Below, piece by piece: positions 20,595-31,309 of a stretch of 64,000 nucleotides of DNA; position 1 is the stretch's first letter; each line of letters starts with the position of its first letter. The notes under the pieces are model-generated. The model made no database searches. It saw only the letters and a program-made list of their open reading frames with translations, and was not told the origin of the DNA. The stretch covers positions 4,000,001 through 4,064,000 of the forward strand of contig OY759316.1 in the NCBI GenBank assembly GCA_963662275.1, in the 5' to 3' direction. The DNA is from Candidatus Cloacimonadales bacterium. Lineage in GTDB: Bacteria > Cloacimonadota > Cloacimonadia > Cloacimonadales > DAONDQ01. The position numbers and the translations under genes were made by a program.

Positions 20595-23500
20595 TTATAA
20601 TATATCTTTCTTAACCTTCCCAAATGACTCAAGTTCAATAAATTTCGATTTGAATAAATCATCTGGCATTTTCTTCTTCAATAAATTATGGAAATTCTCG
20701 TCATGAGTAGAAAGAATAATTTGTTTCTGCTCATTAACAACAATTCCCCTTAACAAATCTATGGTTGATAATACATTGATGCTGTCCATTGACTGGATAG
20801 GATCATCTATAAATATACAGTCATACTCTTTGGAATTAAGGGCAGATGCCAAAAAAATACTAAGACTTAATATATTGATTTGTGCCGTACTGAAATACAG
20901 ATTCGGACTTATCAGTTCTTCGTCGTCATTAAGCCCTTTTTTAACAAAAATATTTAATTTTGGATTATCAGAATCAGTATCAAAATTCGCACTGAATTTT
21001 ACTGATTTGAATTCTGGATGAGGGTCAATTTTATTATAAATCTTATTAATAAGATCCTCATAAAAGAAATCCTTGATTTTGTTATCTAAATATTTTTTAA
21101 TTTTTTCTCTTTCATGTGATATTAAGCTTGTAACTTCTCTTTCAAGCAATTTTAGATCTGTCATATTCTCTTGTATTTTATTCTTTGCTTTCTCAGATTG
21201 GAGGTATGGAATCAAATTTATACTATATTGTTCCAACTTCTGAAACGACTGTAACATTCCTTTAGTAGTCTCAATTTTAGATTGAATTGTCTTTTGATAC
21301 GCATTTATGGATTGTAAAAGAATTTCTTTCTCTTGATCTTCAAATTGAATTCCAAGCTTTGTATCAAGAAAATGGACAAATGTAGAAATTTTCTTTGCAA
21401 AAATCTCTATGGTTTCTTTTTGATTATCTAATTGTTTTTTCAGGTCATCTTTTACAAATTCTCCAAGTTCTTTTCCAATCTTTTCCACTTCCAATTTGAG
21501 TTCAGTTATCTCCAGAGAGTATTTTTCAAATTTGGCTTTAACCTCAGCGTGTCGAGAAGTCAAATTTCCTTCAGCTATTGGTTCAAAAGGAAAATTATTA
21601 CTGAACCAGTCATATACTAAAAAGTATCTGTTATCAGTCTTTAATAATTGTATTTCTTTTTGTGTGATCTCAATAATCGGATCTATATTTTGGATATTTT
21701 CTGTTTTTTTTCTTATTGCTTCTTGGCACATGGTTAATTGTTCTCTACTTTCGATGTATGAAAGGTCGAAATCTGCTATTTCTTTCTTAATTTTATGAAA
21801 GTACTCCAAACTTGATAATCCTTCCAATTTTGAATTTACGTCATTTAAAGTATTTCCCAATTGAATTATTAAGTCATTTCTTTCTTTAATTTCATTTTGC
21901 AAATTCAATAATTCATTATTTGCATTTTCAAGATCGCCATTTACTTTTTCTAGTTTGGTATTAGCAATTTCTTTTAAAACATTGGTATTTTTCAATAGAT
22001 CTTTAGAATATTGCTTTTCAATAGAACTCAATTTCTCTTTTTCTTCAAGTAGATGTTGAAGCGTCGAACTTAAGGCATCATTATTTACTATCTTATTCGC
22101 TAAGAATTCATAGGTTTCATAGCTTTGTTCACATAAGGGACACTTAGGACTTTGGGTTTTATTAACAAGATCAAGACCGGTTTTGATGAATTCCACAATT
22201 TCAGCGTTTAATTGTCTCTGTTGCGATATCTTTTGCTTAATGCTACTTAAGTCTAATTTAACTTTAGATAGCTTGTCTCTTACTATTTCTATTGTATTTA
22301 CCAATTCTAAAAGTTCTGATTTTGATTCTAACAATTCATTAGCATATATTCCATCATCAATATCCAATATCTGACTTTTCAATATATTCTTTTCTTTCTC
22401 CAGACTCCTAATAAACTTGATTTTATTCTCTTCTGAAAGTTTATTTTTAACCACCATTATCTCAAGAGCACTAATATCTTTTGTTATGCTGTTTAACTTA
22501 TCTTCCAACTCTGGAATAGCATCTTTCTTTTTCTTCAAAGCATTTATTTGCAATAGAGTGCTTTCCAATTTATTCGAACGCTCAAGTTCATCACGTTTTA
22601 AACTATCAAGCTCTGGAATCAAATCTTCTTTTGCTTTCTGTTGATTGGAGATATATGTTGCTTTATTATCTATAATACCTTTAATTATTAAAAATTCTGT
22701 GAAATTATGCATTATCAAATCAATTTCATCAAAATCTTTTTTGATTACTTTTTGTAGTTCAAGTTTTGCATTTAATTCGTTTGCATGCTTTTCCAAGTGG
22801 TCGAATTTTGAAATATTACTTTCATCCTGGACAATAGCTTTCGAAATATTATCGTAATCTTGTAGTATTTGATAAAAGACCTCAATGCCTACTATTTCAT
22901 CATTTCCTATTATTGTAAGAGTAACATCATTTAAAAGCTTAATGAGTTCTTCTTCTTGATTATTTTGAATAATTGCACCAGATACATGATTCCTGAAGCT
23001 AAGTACTTCCACATCACTTGTAGATAGGTTAATCAAACTTAAATTTGTTGAGTAAGTACTATTTAGAAGTGCTATTTGGTGGTTAATGGAATCTAATAAA
23101 TTGCCATCTTCGGTTATTAATTGCTTTTGATTCTCTTCAATAGCTTTCTTTAAATCAATGATACGCTTTTTACAGACTACATCGAGGCTAATCAAATTAA
23201 TATAATAGTTGTTTAATACGAATAGATCATGTTTTTTCATGAATGAATTGTATCTAACATTACCGTTTTCCTCCTTTATTACCGATGCAATCCATTCTTG
23301 AGATAGAATGACATTCCTAAAATCTTCTTTATCAAAAATATTCTTGTCATTTAAATCTACTTTCTTTCTACCATGAACATTAAGTATTCTTTTGATAGGT
23401 TCACCTTGATCAGGAGTGATTTCTACATAAGTTCTTTTACTTACTCCTTTTCTTCTAATTAATTCAACTTGTTGAGATGTCATCTCTCTAAGTGCATTTA

Positions 23501-23717
23501 TATCATCATCTATATTTCTATTTAGCCAAAATCTTTCAATGTTATTAGTAATGCCCCATTCAATGGCATCATAAAACGAAGTTTTACCAAATCCATTTGG
23601 AGCAAAAATTGAAACAAAATCTGCTATTCCATTTGATTTATCAATAAAGTTAAAAGTAGCATCTTTGGGGTTATTGAAGACTCTGAAAGCTGAAATTTCT
23701 ACTTTTTTAAGTTTCAT
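20595..23717 (-). CDS. SMC/Rad50-like ABC ATPase (Lamassu LmuB / ABC-3C ATPase)
   Basis: Walker A APNGFGKT, long coiled coil with central CPLC zinc hook, signature YFSTAQ, Walker B IFIDDPIQSMD, STHD. Confidence 0.88.
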   Translation of the reverse strand: MKLKKVEISAFRVFNNPKDATFNFIDKSNGIADFVSIFAPNGFGKTSFYDAIEWGITNNIERFWLNRNIDDDINALREMTSQQVELIRRKGVSKRTYVEITPDQGEPIKRILNVHGRKKVDLNDKNIFDKEDFRNVILSQEWIASVIKEENGNVRYNSFMKKHDLFVLNNYYINLISLDVVCKKRIIDLKKAIEENQKQLITEDGNLLDSINHQIALLNSTYSTNLSLINLSTSDVEVLSFRNHVSGAIIQNNQEEELIKLLNDVTLTIIGNDEIVGIEVFYQILQDYDNISKAIVQDESNISKFDHLEKHANELNAKLELQKVIKKDFDEIDLIMHNFTEFLIIKGIIDNKATYISNQQKAKEDLIPELDSLKRDELERSNKLESTLLQINALKKKKDAIPELEDKLNSITKDISALEIMVVKNKLSEENKIKFIRSLEKEKNILKSQILDIDDGIYANELLESKSELLELVNTIEIVRDKLSKVKLDLSSIKQKISQQRQLNAEIVEFIKTGLDLVNKTQSPKCPLCEQSYETYEFLANKIVNNDALSSTLQHLLEEKEKLSSIEKQYSKDLLKNTNVLKEIANTKLEKVNGDLENANNELLNLQNEIKERNDLIIQLGNTLNDVNSKLEGLSSLEYFHKIKKEIADFDLSYIESREQLTMCQEAIRKKTENIQNIDPIIEITQKEIQLLKTDNRYFLVYDWFSNNFPFEPIAEGNLTSRHAEVKAKFEKYSLEITELKLEVEKIGKELGEFVKDDLKKQLDNQKETIEIFAKKISTFVHFLDTKLGIQFEDQEKEILLQSINAYQKTIQSKIETTKGMLQSFQKLEQYSINLIPYLQSEKAKNKIQENMTDLKLLEREVTSLISHEREKIKKYLDNKIKDFFYEDLINKIYNKIDPHPEFKSVKFSANFDTDSDNPKLNIFVKKGLNDDEELISPNLYFSTAQINILSLSIFLASALNSKEYDCIFIDDPIQSMDSINVLSTIDLLRGIVVNEQKQIILSTHDENFHNLLKKKMPDDLFKSKFIELESFGKVKKDIL

Positions 23718-24255
23718 ATTTAACTCCTGATTTTATATCCATCAAAATTTTATCCAGAACAATCGAAGCTTCTTGAGTTATTCTTTCTTTTCGCAGTGTG
23801 ATGCCAGTTAATTTATCTAACAGGAATTGATTAAATTGTAATTTTGTATCTTTATGCTGTTCTTGGTTAATATCATCTTTTAAATTATCGTTAAGAATAT
23901 GTGCCTGTATGATTCCTGCATTTGACATTATACTTTCAATTACTATCTTTCTGCTTGAGAAAGTATCATTTTCTATTTTGTATTTCAAATCAGAGCTGAT
24001 GGTATGACTTAAGATAAAAAAAACATAGAAATTCCATTTTTCGAATTTATCAGATATTTGATTTTGAATATGTAGTGCTACATCATTAGTAATTCTTCTC
24101 CAAGATTCAGATAAAGTGCTTTCTTTATCAACAGTAATTAGAAAAGCATGCATATGACCTTTTTCCATTGTAAGATATTCATAATCAAATCCTACTCCTG
24201 GAAATTCTTTTAAAAAATGAGTACTCAAAATATCATTTATCTTTAAGGCATTCAT
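23707..24255 (-). CDS. ABC-three-component middle component (LmuC-like)
   Basis: 182 aa between effector and ATPase, overlapping both; KWNFYVFF and IENDTFSSRKIV motifs. Confidence 0.7.
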   Translation of the reverse strand: MNALKINDILSTHFLKEFPGVGFDYEYLTMEKGHMHAFLITVDKESTLSESWRRITNDVALHIQNQISDKFEKWNFYVFFILSHTISSDLKYKIENDTFSSRKIVIESIMSNAGIIQAHILNDNLKDDINQEQHKDTKLQFNQFLLDKLTGITLRKERITQEASIVLDKILMDIKSGVKYET

Positions 24256-25600
24256 AACTTTCTCCTAGTTTTCTTAAACACTCACTATTATTTGAAATGT
24301 CAAACTCCAAATAATGATCCACAACTATTGCTTCTTTAAATGCTGAGATGTTAATAAATTTGAATTTATCGAAAGGATGTTCAGATGCATTGTTGATATA
24401 TATATCATTTAACTCGTATTCCCTTTTATATTCTTCCAATATATTGCTGGGTATTCCTGATAGGTCTGTATATTTCTCATCTGCTTTGACATTAGAGGAA
24501 ACAATCACAAAACCATCCTCCTCTAACTTTGAAAAATCAATTTTTAATAAATCGTGTAAATGGCTTTGCAGAAAGTCCTTATTACTATCAGAGTATAGCA
24601 ACCAAACTTCTGAAAATAAAGCAGGAAGATCAATTGTATTATATATCTTTTGTCTTGCGATATGAAGAATTGTGAGTAACTCAAACCAACGAACCCAGTA
24701 TATTTTTTTTTGTTGTTCAAGATAATTCTGGTGTGGTAATAGCATATTCTTATTGAATTGTTGAATAGAAATTGGAGTTACATCACTAGCAAGAACATTC
24801 TTTGCTTGTGATTTGATTAACATAATGAGTTTATTTATAATTGGCTCCGCAGAGTGAATCCCTTTATAGATCCCTAAATCCAAGTCAAAAATTAAGCTCT
24901 CCAAATGCGAGAAGGATCTCAAGTATGGCGGATTAATTGTTTCAAGCTCACCGCTGTTATTTGCTACGATCTCGTTAAAAACTTCAATTGGAGTAAATTC
25001 GATTCGTCCAAGTTGCTCATCATCATCACATGCCATTTGGTTTTGAATTCCTGTAAGGAATAATGAATCACCAATTATTTTAAATATTCCACCACCTGAT
25101 GACCCAATTAGTTCTTGTTTATTTTGGTTTTTACTAATATCTGCTTCCCTTCTCTCATTTTCTTTTTTTTGAAGAATTTCTATCCCAACATCATATCTAA
25201 TCCAATCAAGACAAATTTCAGGTTTTAATTTCCTCCTTACTTCAGGAAATCCCACCAGCATATAATTTAAACAATCAACACAATAATTATCATTGATCAA
25301 TAGTTCTTCCATCGTTAAGAGTTTATCTATTTTAAGAATTGCTATATCTACTTCCTTATTGATATGCTTAAAGTAATTTTCACCTTCAATAGGTTGAATC
25401 TCATTTAATTTGGTAAATGCTTGTTTGGTTGAATCAAAATAATAGATTTTAGCCAAATTGTTGTATTTCGAAATATCATTGAAAACATGCTTTGCAGTAA
25501 GAATGTAAGTATGATACTCATCAGAAGGTTGGAAAATTACTCCACTTCCTCCATTAATACAAACAATATGATTTTTGATGTCATCACGAGTCATAATCAA
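24233..25600 (-). CDS. Trypsin-like serine protease effector with ABC-3C C-terminal domain (LmuA-like)
   Basis: Catalytic triad ILTAKH / DIAIL / GSSGGG in the N-terminal half; operon position. Confidence 0.78.
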   Translation of the reverse strand: MIMTRDDIKNHIVCINGGSGVIFQPSDEYHTYILTAKHVFNDISKYNNLAKIYYFDSTKQAFTKLNEIQPIEGENYFKHINKEVDIAILKIDKLLTMEELLINDNYCVDCLNYMLVGFPEVRRKLKPEICLDWIRYDVGIEILQKKENERREADISKNQNKQELIGSSGGGIFKIIGDSLFLTGIQNQMACDDDEQLGRIEFTPIEVFNEIVANNSGELETINPPYLRSFSHLESLIFDLDLGIYKGIHSAEPIINKLIMLIKSQAKNVLASDVTPISIQQFNKNMLLPHQNYLEQQKKIYWVRWFELLTILHIARQKIYNTIDLPALFSEVWLLYSDSNKDFLQSHLHDLLKIDFSKLEEDGFVIVSSNVKADEKYTDLSGIPSNILEEYKREYELNDIYINNASEHPFDKFKFINISAFKEAIVVDHYLEFDISNNSECLRKLGESYECLKDK

Positions 25601-26664
25601 AACTCAAGATCTTTTATAATATCTATAGCTTGAAAATCTGGATAATCTATCCTATCTTGCTCAGAAAAGAAGTTTGCAATTCGATCACCGTAATTAAAAT
25701 ATAATTTGCAATTCTTTTTTACATCAATGAGTCTTGCTAATAGTTGTTTATTAGGATGTTTAGAAGTATCCCCGTTTGTGCTAATTACAAAGCAATCAGA
25801 ATCTATCATTTTCAATAATTCTCTGCTCGTATTTGCTTTACTTCCATGGTGAGATAATTTAACAAGTTCAGCTTTCAAAGGATTTGTTTCAGAAAAACCA
25901 AATTCTTGTAGTCCTTCCACAATTACAGATGGATGTGCATCTCCTAAAAACAAATAATTAATATCTTTGAAGGTTAGAATAAAAGCAATGGAACTTCCAT
26001 TAGCAACTCTATCATCCTCGACAAATTTGTCATTTTTTATATGTTCTTTTAAAGAAATAGAATAGTCATCAACTAAAGAAGCTGTTAACAAATCAGGCTC
26101 TACTTTTTTCCAATCTTTCAATAGCTTCTCAAGCTTGGATTTATTAGGAGATAGAATTCGGAATTTCAATCCAAATTTTTCTATAGTTGAGTTATCTTGT
26201 TTGATAAGTACTTTATCCCAAATCCCTTTTTCGGTTATATAATTACCGAATTCTATTCCTTGTGGGATACTATTTAAGACGGTTGTATTAGGGTTAAGAT
26301 AACAATCCAAATCTTTGTTTGGTTTTAATGAGAGACCTTCAGCAATTAATCTACCTGAATTAAACCAAACTTGTTTTATCTGTTTATAGGCATCTTGATC
26401 TGACTTAAACCATTCAATGATACCACCTATATGATCATCATCAATATGTGTCATTATCAACAAATCAATAGATTGCTTTTTCCCCCTAATTAGGTCTATT
26501 GTGCTTTTTAGATCACCAGCCTCTATTTTGCTTTTTTTATTTTTATATTGATACGTTTTTCCTAAACCACCATCAATCAAGATATTCCGATGATTTTCTT
26601 CATCGTCTATAAACGAAATGAGTATCGCATCTCCATTCGAAGCTTGTAAGAATTTAATGAACAT
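25597..26664 (-). CDS. MBL-fold metallohydrolase (defence-associated)
   Basis: GDAILI, ILIDGG, THIDDDHIGG, FLGDA, KLSHHGS; ATGA overlap with the protease gene. Confidence 0.85.
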   Translation of the reverse strand: MFIKFLQASNGDAILISFIDDEENHRNILIDGGLGKTYQYKNKKSKIEAGDLKSTIDLIRGKKQSIDLLIMTHIDDDHIGGIIEWFKSDQDAYKQIKQVWFNSGRLIAEGLSLKPNKDLDCYLNPNTTVLNSIPQGIEFGNYITEKGIWDKVLIKQDNSTIEKFGLKFRILSPNKSKLEKLLKDWKKVEPDLLTASLVDDYSISLKEHIKNDKFVEDDRVANGSSIAFILTFKDINYLFLGDAHPSVIVEGLQEFGFSETNPLKAELVKLSHHGSKANTSRELLKMIDSDCFVISTNGDTSKHPNKQLLARLIDVKKNCKLYFNYGDRIANFFSEQDRIDYPDFQAIDIIKDLEF

Positions 26665-26874
26665 AAATCCCCCCAGTATTTTTTTATATATATAATTGAA
26701 CAAGAAATATAATTATATGAGTTAAGCTCTACTTTTTTGTATTTCTAAATTTTCAAAATAAAGTTCTACAATTCAAAAAACTCAACGAGATTCTAATAAT
26801 CACATATGATAGAAAACATTAACAAGAATCTTGTCAAACAATTTATCAACTTTTCGAATATCCGCCATACTCAC

Positions 26875-29109
26875 TTAATTAAATTCAATCTCAGATGGAA
26901 TCAGTGACCTTTCCTTGGAAGTGTTCAGAATGTGATGTGCCAATGGATGAGAGGGACGATACAGATGAGCTTCACCAGACCGGCGTGGCAATTCATACAA
27001 ACCCAATTCAAATTGACAGCCCTGCGGGTTTGATTGCAGATTAAAAGATGAATCATCAGGAAAACTGGCATTATCCCTCAATTCATGTTTTGTAAGCTGA
27101 ATGAGTAATTGTTCATAAAGACCTAAATATTGCTTTGAACCTTCATCACGTACACGCAGTTTTTCACGAACTTCATCATCAAAATTCTCGAACAGCTTTT
27201 GCCTGGTTTGCACAATCGTATCATTGATATCTTCTGATAACTCAGCTTGAAGCTGGTCAAAGGCTTCATTAATTTCTTCAGGAGCACGGCATTTCTGGTA
27301 AATATCAACGATTCTTTTCTCAAAGTCAACACCGGATTCAATAGCACCTAAAACTTCATCACTTGCCCCGAAAACTCCAGCAAAAAGCTTGAACTTCTCT
27401 GAAAGCAAATCATATACCCTTTGATCTGCTTCATTATGATTATTCAGGAAATTCACTACCACAACATCATGCTTCTGACCATACCGATGACAACGACCTA
27501 TTCGCTGTTCAATACGCTGCGGATTCCAGGGCAGGTCATAGTTTACGACAAGAGAACAGAACTGCAGGTTAATACCTTCCGCTCCGGCTTCTGTAGCAAT
27601 CATGATATGCCCTTTTTCACGGAAATAATCAACGATAGCAGAGCGCATATCCGCAGTACGTGAACCGGTGACCTTATCCGTACCTTTATGTTGGGCAATC
27701 CAATCAGTGTAAATCTCTTTAGACTTTGAGTCATTATTCGAACCATTAAAAAGGACAATGCCTTCTGAGAAAGGACTATCAGCCAAAACACGTAAAAGAT
27801 AATCCTGCGTCTTGCGTGACTCTGTGAAGATAATTGCCTTTCTTTCAGAACCAAGCCGTTCAGCCTGCTGAAACGCCTGTTCCAGGGCTACAAGCAGAGC
27901 ACGTCCTTTGGCATTCGCAGTGATAGAAACTGCCAAGTCACGAAGTTTTCTCAAGTCTGCAATTTCATTCTTAATTGCCTGTTCATCAGAAATTGTAAGA
28001 ATTTCATTATCCTGGTCATTCGTCCATTCATCAGCTTGTTCAGAAAGGATTTCGTAATCTTCACCAATCGTTTCTTCAAGCTCTGATTTCTCAGAATCAT
28101 TTTTATGAAGTTTATCTGTTAATCTTTTAATGATAGTCTCTAAAGCTCCGGCAATAGCAAATGATGACGATGCCAATAGCTTACGGAGAACAAGAGTCAT
28201 AAGAGATCGTTGTCCAACCGGCAGAGCCTGGATATTATCCCTGCGCAGATAATCTGATACGAGGTTATAGAGCCTGTCTTCGCTTTCTTCAGGAGTATAA
28301 GTCTGTAACATGGGGAAGCGTTTTGTGTAACGAATATACGGCTCCACCTGGTGACGCAGGGTACGATGGCAATACGGCTTGATACGAGCTTTGAGGTTAT
28401 TGAAAATACGTGTATCGGCTATGGTGGAATACTGTTCACGAAAGCTTTTCACATCACCAAAAGCATGATCATCCAGAAAACTGATCAAACCATAAAGCTC
28501 TAACAGGGAATTCTGTAATGGTGTAGCAGTGAGAAGCAGCTTGTGGAAACTGCCAAGAGTATTCTTTAGCGTATTGGCAATTACATTTGTAGGTTTATAT
28601 ACATTACGCAGCCGATGAGCTTCATCAATGACCACCAAATCCCAGGGAATGCTGATCAGATCAAATGCCTTTGCTTTTGCGAACTGGTAAGAACAAATGA
28701 CAATATGCTTTTGTTCGAATGGGTGTTTATGCCCTTTCTTCAGGAGATTGTTATAAGCCTTGGATTCCAGAATGACTGATTCGAGAAAGAACTTGTCAGA
28801 CAATTCCTGGTACCATTGCTTTCTTAGATTAGCAGGTGTAATGATCAGTATTTTATGTTTTCGCTCTGCCCACTTCTGCGCTATCACCAATCCGGCTTCA
28901 ATGGTTTTACCGAGACCTACTTCATCAGCAAGTATGGCACCTTTAGATAAAGGGGATTGGAAAGCAAAGAGGGCTGCATCAATTTGATGTGGGTTTAAAT
29001 CAATTTGGGCATCGACAAGAGTACCGGCAAGCTTTTCCAAGCTATCAGAAGAACAGCGTTTTGTCAGTTCGTAAGCGATGTATTTAGAATGAAATGGAGT
29101 GAAACTCAT
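26875..29109 (-). CDS. SNF2-family helicase associated with type III R-M-like loci, probably C-terminally truncated
   Basis: LADEVGLGKT, DEAH, LTATPLQN, EGINLQ, YDLPWNP, EQRIGRCHRYGQ. Ends abruptly at the edge of the AT-rich block. Confidence 0.85.
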   Translation of the reverse strand: MSFTPFHSKYIAYELTKRCSSDSLEKLAGTLVDAQIDLNPHQIDAALFAFQSPLSKGAILADEVGLGKTIEAGLVIAQKWAERKHKILIITPANLRKQWYQELSDKFFLESVILESKAYNNLLKKGHKHPFEQKHIVICSYQFAKAKAFDLISIPWDLVVIDEAHRLRNVYKPTNVIANTLKNTLGSFHKLLLTATPLQNSLLELYGLISFLDDHAFGDVKSFREQYSTIADTRIFNNLKARIKPYCHRTLRHQVEPYIRYTKRFPMLQTYTPEESEDRLYNLVSDYLRRDNIQALPVGQRSLMTLVLRKLLASSSFAIAGALETIIKRLTDKLHKNDSEKSELEETIGEDYEILSEQADEWTNDQDNEILTISDEQAIKNEIADLRKLRDLAVSITANAKGRALLVALEQAFQQAERLGSERKAIIFTESRKTQDYLLRVLADSPFSEGIVLFNGSNNDSKSKEIYTDWIAQHKGTDKVTGSRTADMRSAIVDYFREKGHIMIATEAGAEGINLQFCSLVVNYDLPWNPQRIEQRIGRCHRYGQKHDVVVVNFLNNHNEADQRVYDLLSEKFKLFAGVFGASDEVLGAIESGVDFEKRIVDIYQKCRAPEEINEAFDQLQAELSEDINDTIVQTRQKLFENFDDEVREKLRVRDEGSKQYLGLYEQLLIQLTKHELRDNASFPDDSSFNLQSNPQGCQFELGLYELPRRSGEAHLYRPSHPLAHHILNTSKERSLIPSEIEFN

Positions 29110-29252
29110 TGAGCTACTCCATTTCTACAGACATAAAAAAAGAAATTATTAATGGGCATGAATGCATCTCCCAAACATTATTAATCACTATTGAATATTA
29201 ATATGAAAATTCAAATGATAGGGAAAATTGTCAAACATTAAAAAGAATATAT

Positions 29253-29421
29253 GAGCGGTAGCAACAACTTCAGTCGTTGGATGAACTGCCGTAGTTCGCG
29301 ACCTCCGGGCGTGATATATGGCTGCCGGGACGTCAGCCCCTACTGTTAGATTTTTCCCATTGAAATGGGTTTGGTTTGATGAATCAAACCGGTACAACGA
29401 ATAAATTCGTTGCTACCGCTC
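29253..29421. repeat. GTAG-type REP-like inverted pair with an internal REP
   Basis: gagcggtagcaac...gttg on the left and caacg...gttgctaccgctc on the right; internal ...cagcccctac. Confidence 0.65.
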
Positions 29422-29468
29422 TTCTGACTTCGAACCTCGCACTTCGCACTTTCTTTTTGTGGTAGGTT

Positions 29469-29666
29469 TCATCTAAGGATCATCTAGGCTTTATCTAGGG
29501 ATCATCTAGACTTTCTTAGATTTTCTTAGGAAGATGCTTTATTCATGTCTTTTTTCAACCTTTTTTGTATTAAAAGAGATATCCTTATGGCACATGAACC
29601 GCTCCTAAGTCAGAAAGTAACCAGGTACTAGTCAGATCCTAATCAGCTCCTAACCAGCTCCTAAAG
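29469..29666. repeat. Two degenerate 11-bp tandem arrays
   Basis: tcatctaagga tcatctaggct ttatctaggga tcatctagact...; and ...tcctaatcagc tcctaaccagc tcctaaag. The first family recurs inverted at 45196-45250. Confidence 0.65.
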
Positions 29667-29976
29667 TATTTTAGTTTTTGATTAGCTTATGATGAGTAGG
29701 TTTTTAGTTTCTCACATGTATGTCTTTCGAGGGGTATTTGAAGAAGGTAAGAGGACAGAAGGCAAGAAGATGAGAAGGGAGGGGGAAGATTTGCAGAGTA
29801 GAGCTTACAGTATGGAAGATGACATAATGTAGAGAAAGGAAGACCCCCCTACCCCCCTTCCCAAGGGGGGATGAAGATTTCCTGCCATGAATCCCTACAA
29901 TCTCCCATTTTACATCTTCCATCTTCTTTTTCTTCACTGAACCTGTTACCTGTACCCTGTACCCTGTCAGCTTCTG

Positions 29977-31293
29977 CTACGTTTCCTTCTTCAGTTTTTC
30001 CCACCAATCCATACGTTTTTTGATATCTTTCTCAAAACCGAATTCACCTGGAGTATAGTAGACTTTTTCTTCCATATTGTCAGGGAAGTACCGTTGGTAG
30101 GCATATTTGTTCTGGAATTCATGAGAATATTTGTAACCTTTTCCATAGTCTAAGGTTTTCATTAATTTAGTTGGAGCATTCCGAATAATGAGAGGAACAC
30201 CCAGGTGGCTTGTTTTCCTGGCATCTTCTGCTGCAGCGTTATATGCTGTATAAAGAGCATTGCTCTTGGGTGCAGTTGCCAGATAAACCACTAGTTGAGC
30301 TATGGCATTGGAAGCTTCCGGCATTCCGATAAAATGGACAGCTTCCTTCACAGCAATTGCCTGGATAAGGGCATTCGGATCGGCAAGACCTATATCTTCA
30401 GAAGCAAAACGAGTGAGACGTCTCACAACATATAGCGGATCATCACCTGCTTCCAGCATTCTTGCAGCCCAATACAGCGCAGCTTGTGGATCACTACCAC
30501 GTAAAGACTTATGTAATGCGGAAATAACATTGTAGTGCTCTTCCTTATTCTTATCGTAAAACATAGCACGTTTACTGAGTATCTTGGCAGCGCTATCAAT
30601 ATCAGGTTTCTGTCCTGCTGCTGCATAGCGAATCAGTATCTCCAGGAAGTTGAGTGCTCTTCTTCCATCACCACCGCTTTGAACAGCCAGGTAAGAAATC
30701 ACCTCATCTGAAAAGAAGTCCTGTTTATCGATTTTGCAGATGGCTTGTCGGAGTATATCTTCAATATCATTTTCAGAAAGCATTTCCAGCACAAAGACAT
30801 TGCACCTGGATAGCAACGCAGGAATGACTTCGAAGGAAGGATTTTCAGTTGTAGCTCCAATCAGGATAATGGAACCGGATTCAACATAATGCAGGAAAGC
30901 ATCCTGTTGAGATTTATTGAAACGGTGAATTTCATCGATGAAGAGGATGGTGCTTTCGTTTCGGGTCTTCAGGTTGTATTCTGCTTCTTTCATGACATCC
31001 TTGACTTCCTTGATTCCTGATAACACTGCACTGAAAGGCACAAACCGCTGTTCTGTCTTTTCCTGGATGATTTTAGCAATAGTTGTCTTTCCACTACCGG
31101 GAGGACCCCAGAGAATGAATGACCTGTACTGTCCGGTTTCTATCATTTCTTTCAATAAAGAACCTGATTCCGTCAGTTTGCTTTGTCCCTTCAATTCATC
31201 GAGTGTATGGGGACGCATCTTCTCCGCCAAAGGAATATTGGTAGGAGCTACTTCCTCATGAAATAGGTCTGTTTGGTCTTTTAGCATATTCAA
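29977..31293 (-). CDS. rarA: Replication-associated recombination protein A
   Basis: PLAEKMRP, WGPPGSGKTT, FIDEIHRFNKSQQD, GATTENPSF, ISALHKSLRGSD, ASEDIGLADP. Confidence 0.96.
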   Translation of the reverse strand: MNMLKDQTDLFHEEVAPTNIPLAEKMRPHTLDELKGQSKLTESGSLLKEMIETGQYRSFILWGPPGSGKTTIAKIIQEKTEQRFVPFSAVLSGIKEVKDVMKEAEYNLKTRNESTILFIDEIHRFNKSQQDAFLHYVESGSIILIGATTENPSFEVIPALLSRCNVFVLEMLSENDIEDILRQAICKIDKQDFFSDEVISYLAVQSGGDGRRALNFLEILIRYAAAGQKPDIDSAAKILSKRAMFYDKNKEEHYNVISALHKSLRGSDPQAALYWAARMLEAGDDPLYVVRRLTRFASEDIGLADPNALIQAIAVKEAVHFIGMPEASNAIAQLVVYLATAPKSNALYTAYNAAAEDARKTSHLGVPLIIRNAPTKLMKTLDYGKGYKYSHEFQNKYAYQRYFPDNMEEKVYYTPGEFGFEKDIKKRMDWWEKLKKET

Positions 31294-31309
31294 TCCTTTG
31301 CATCACAGA

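Noticed and set aside
16762..26860. TTTTCGAATA direct repeat at both edges of the inserted block as a target-site duplication
   Set aside because: Only 10 bp and AT-rich; joining the two ends does not restore a sensible gene, so it may be chance.
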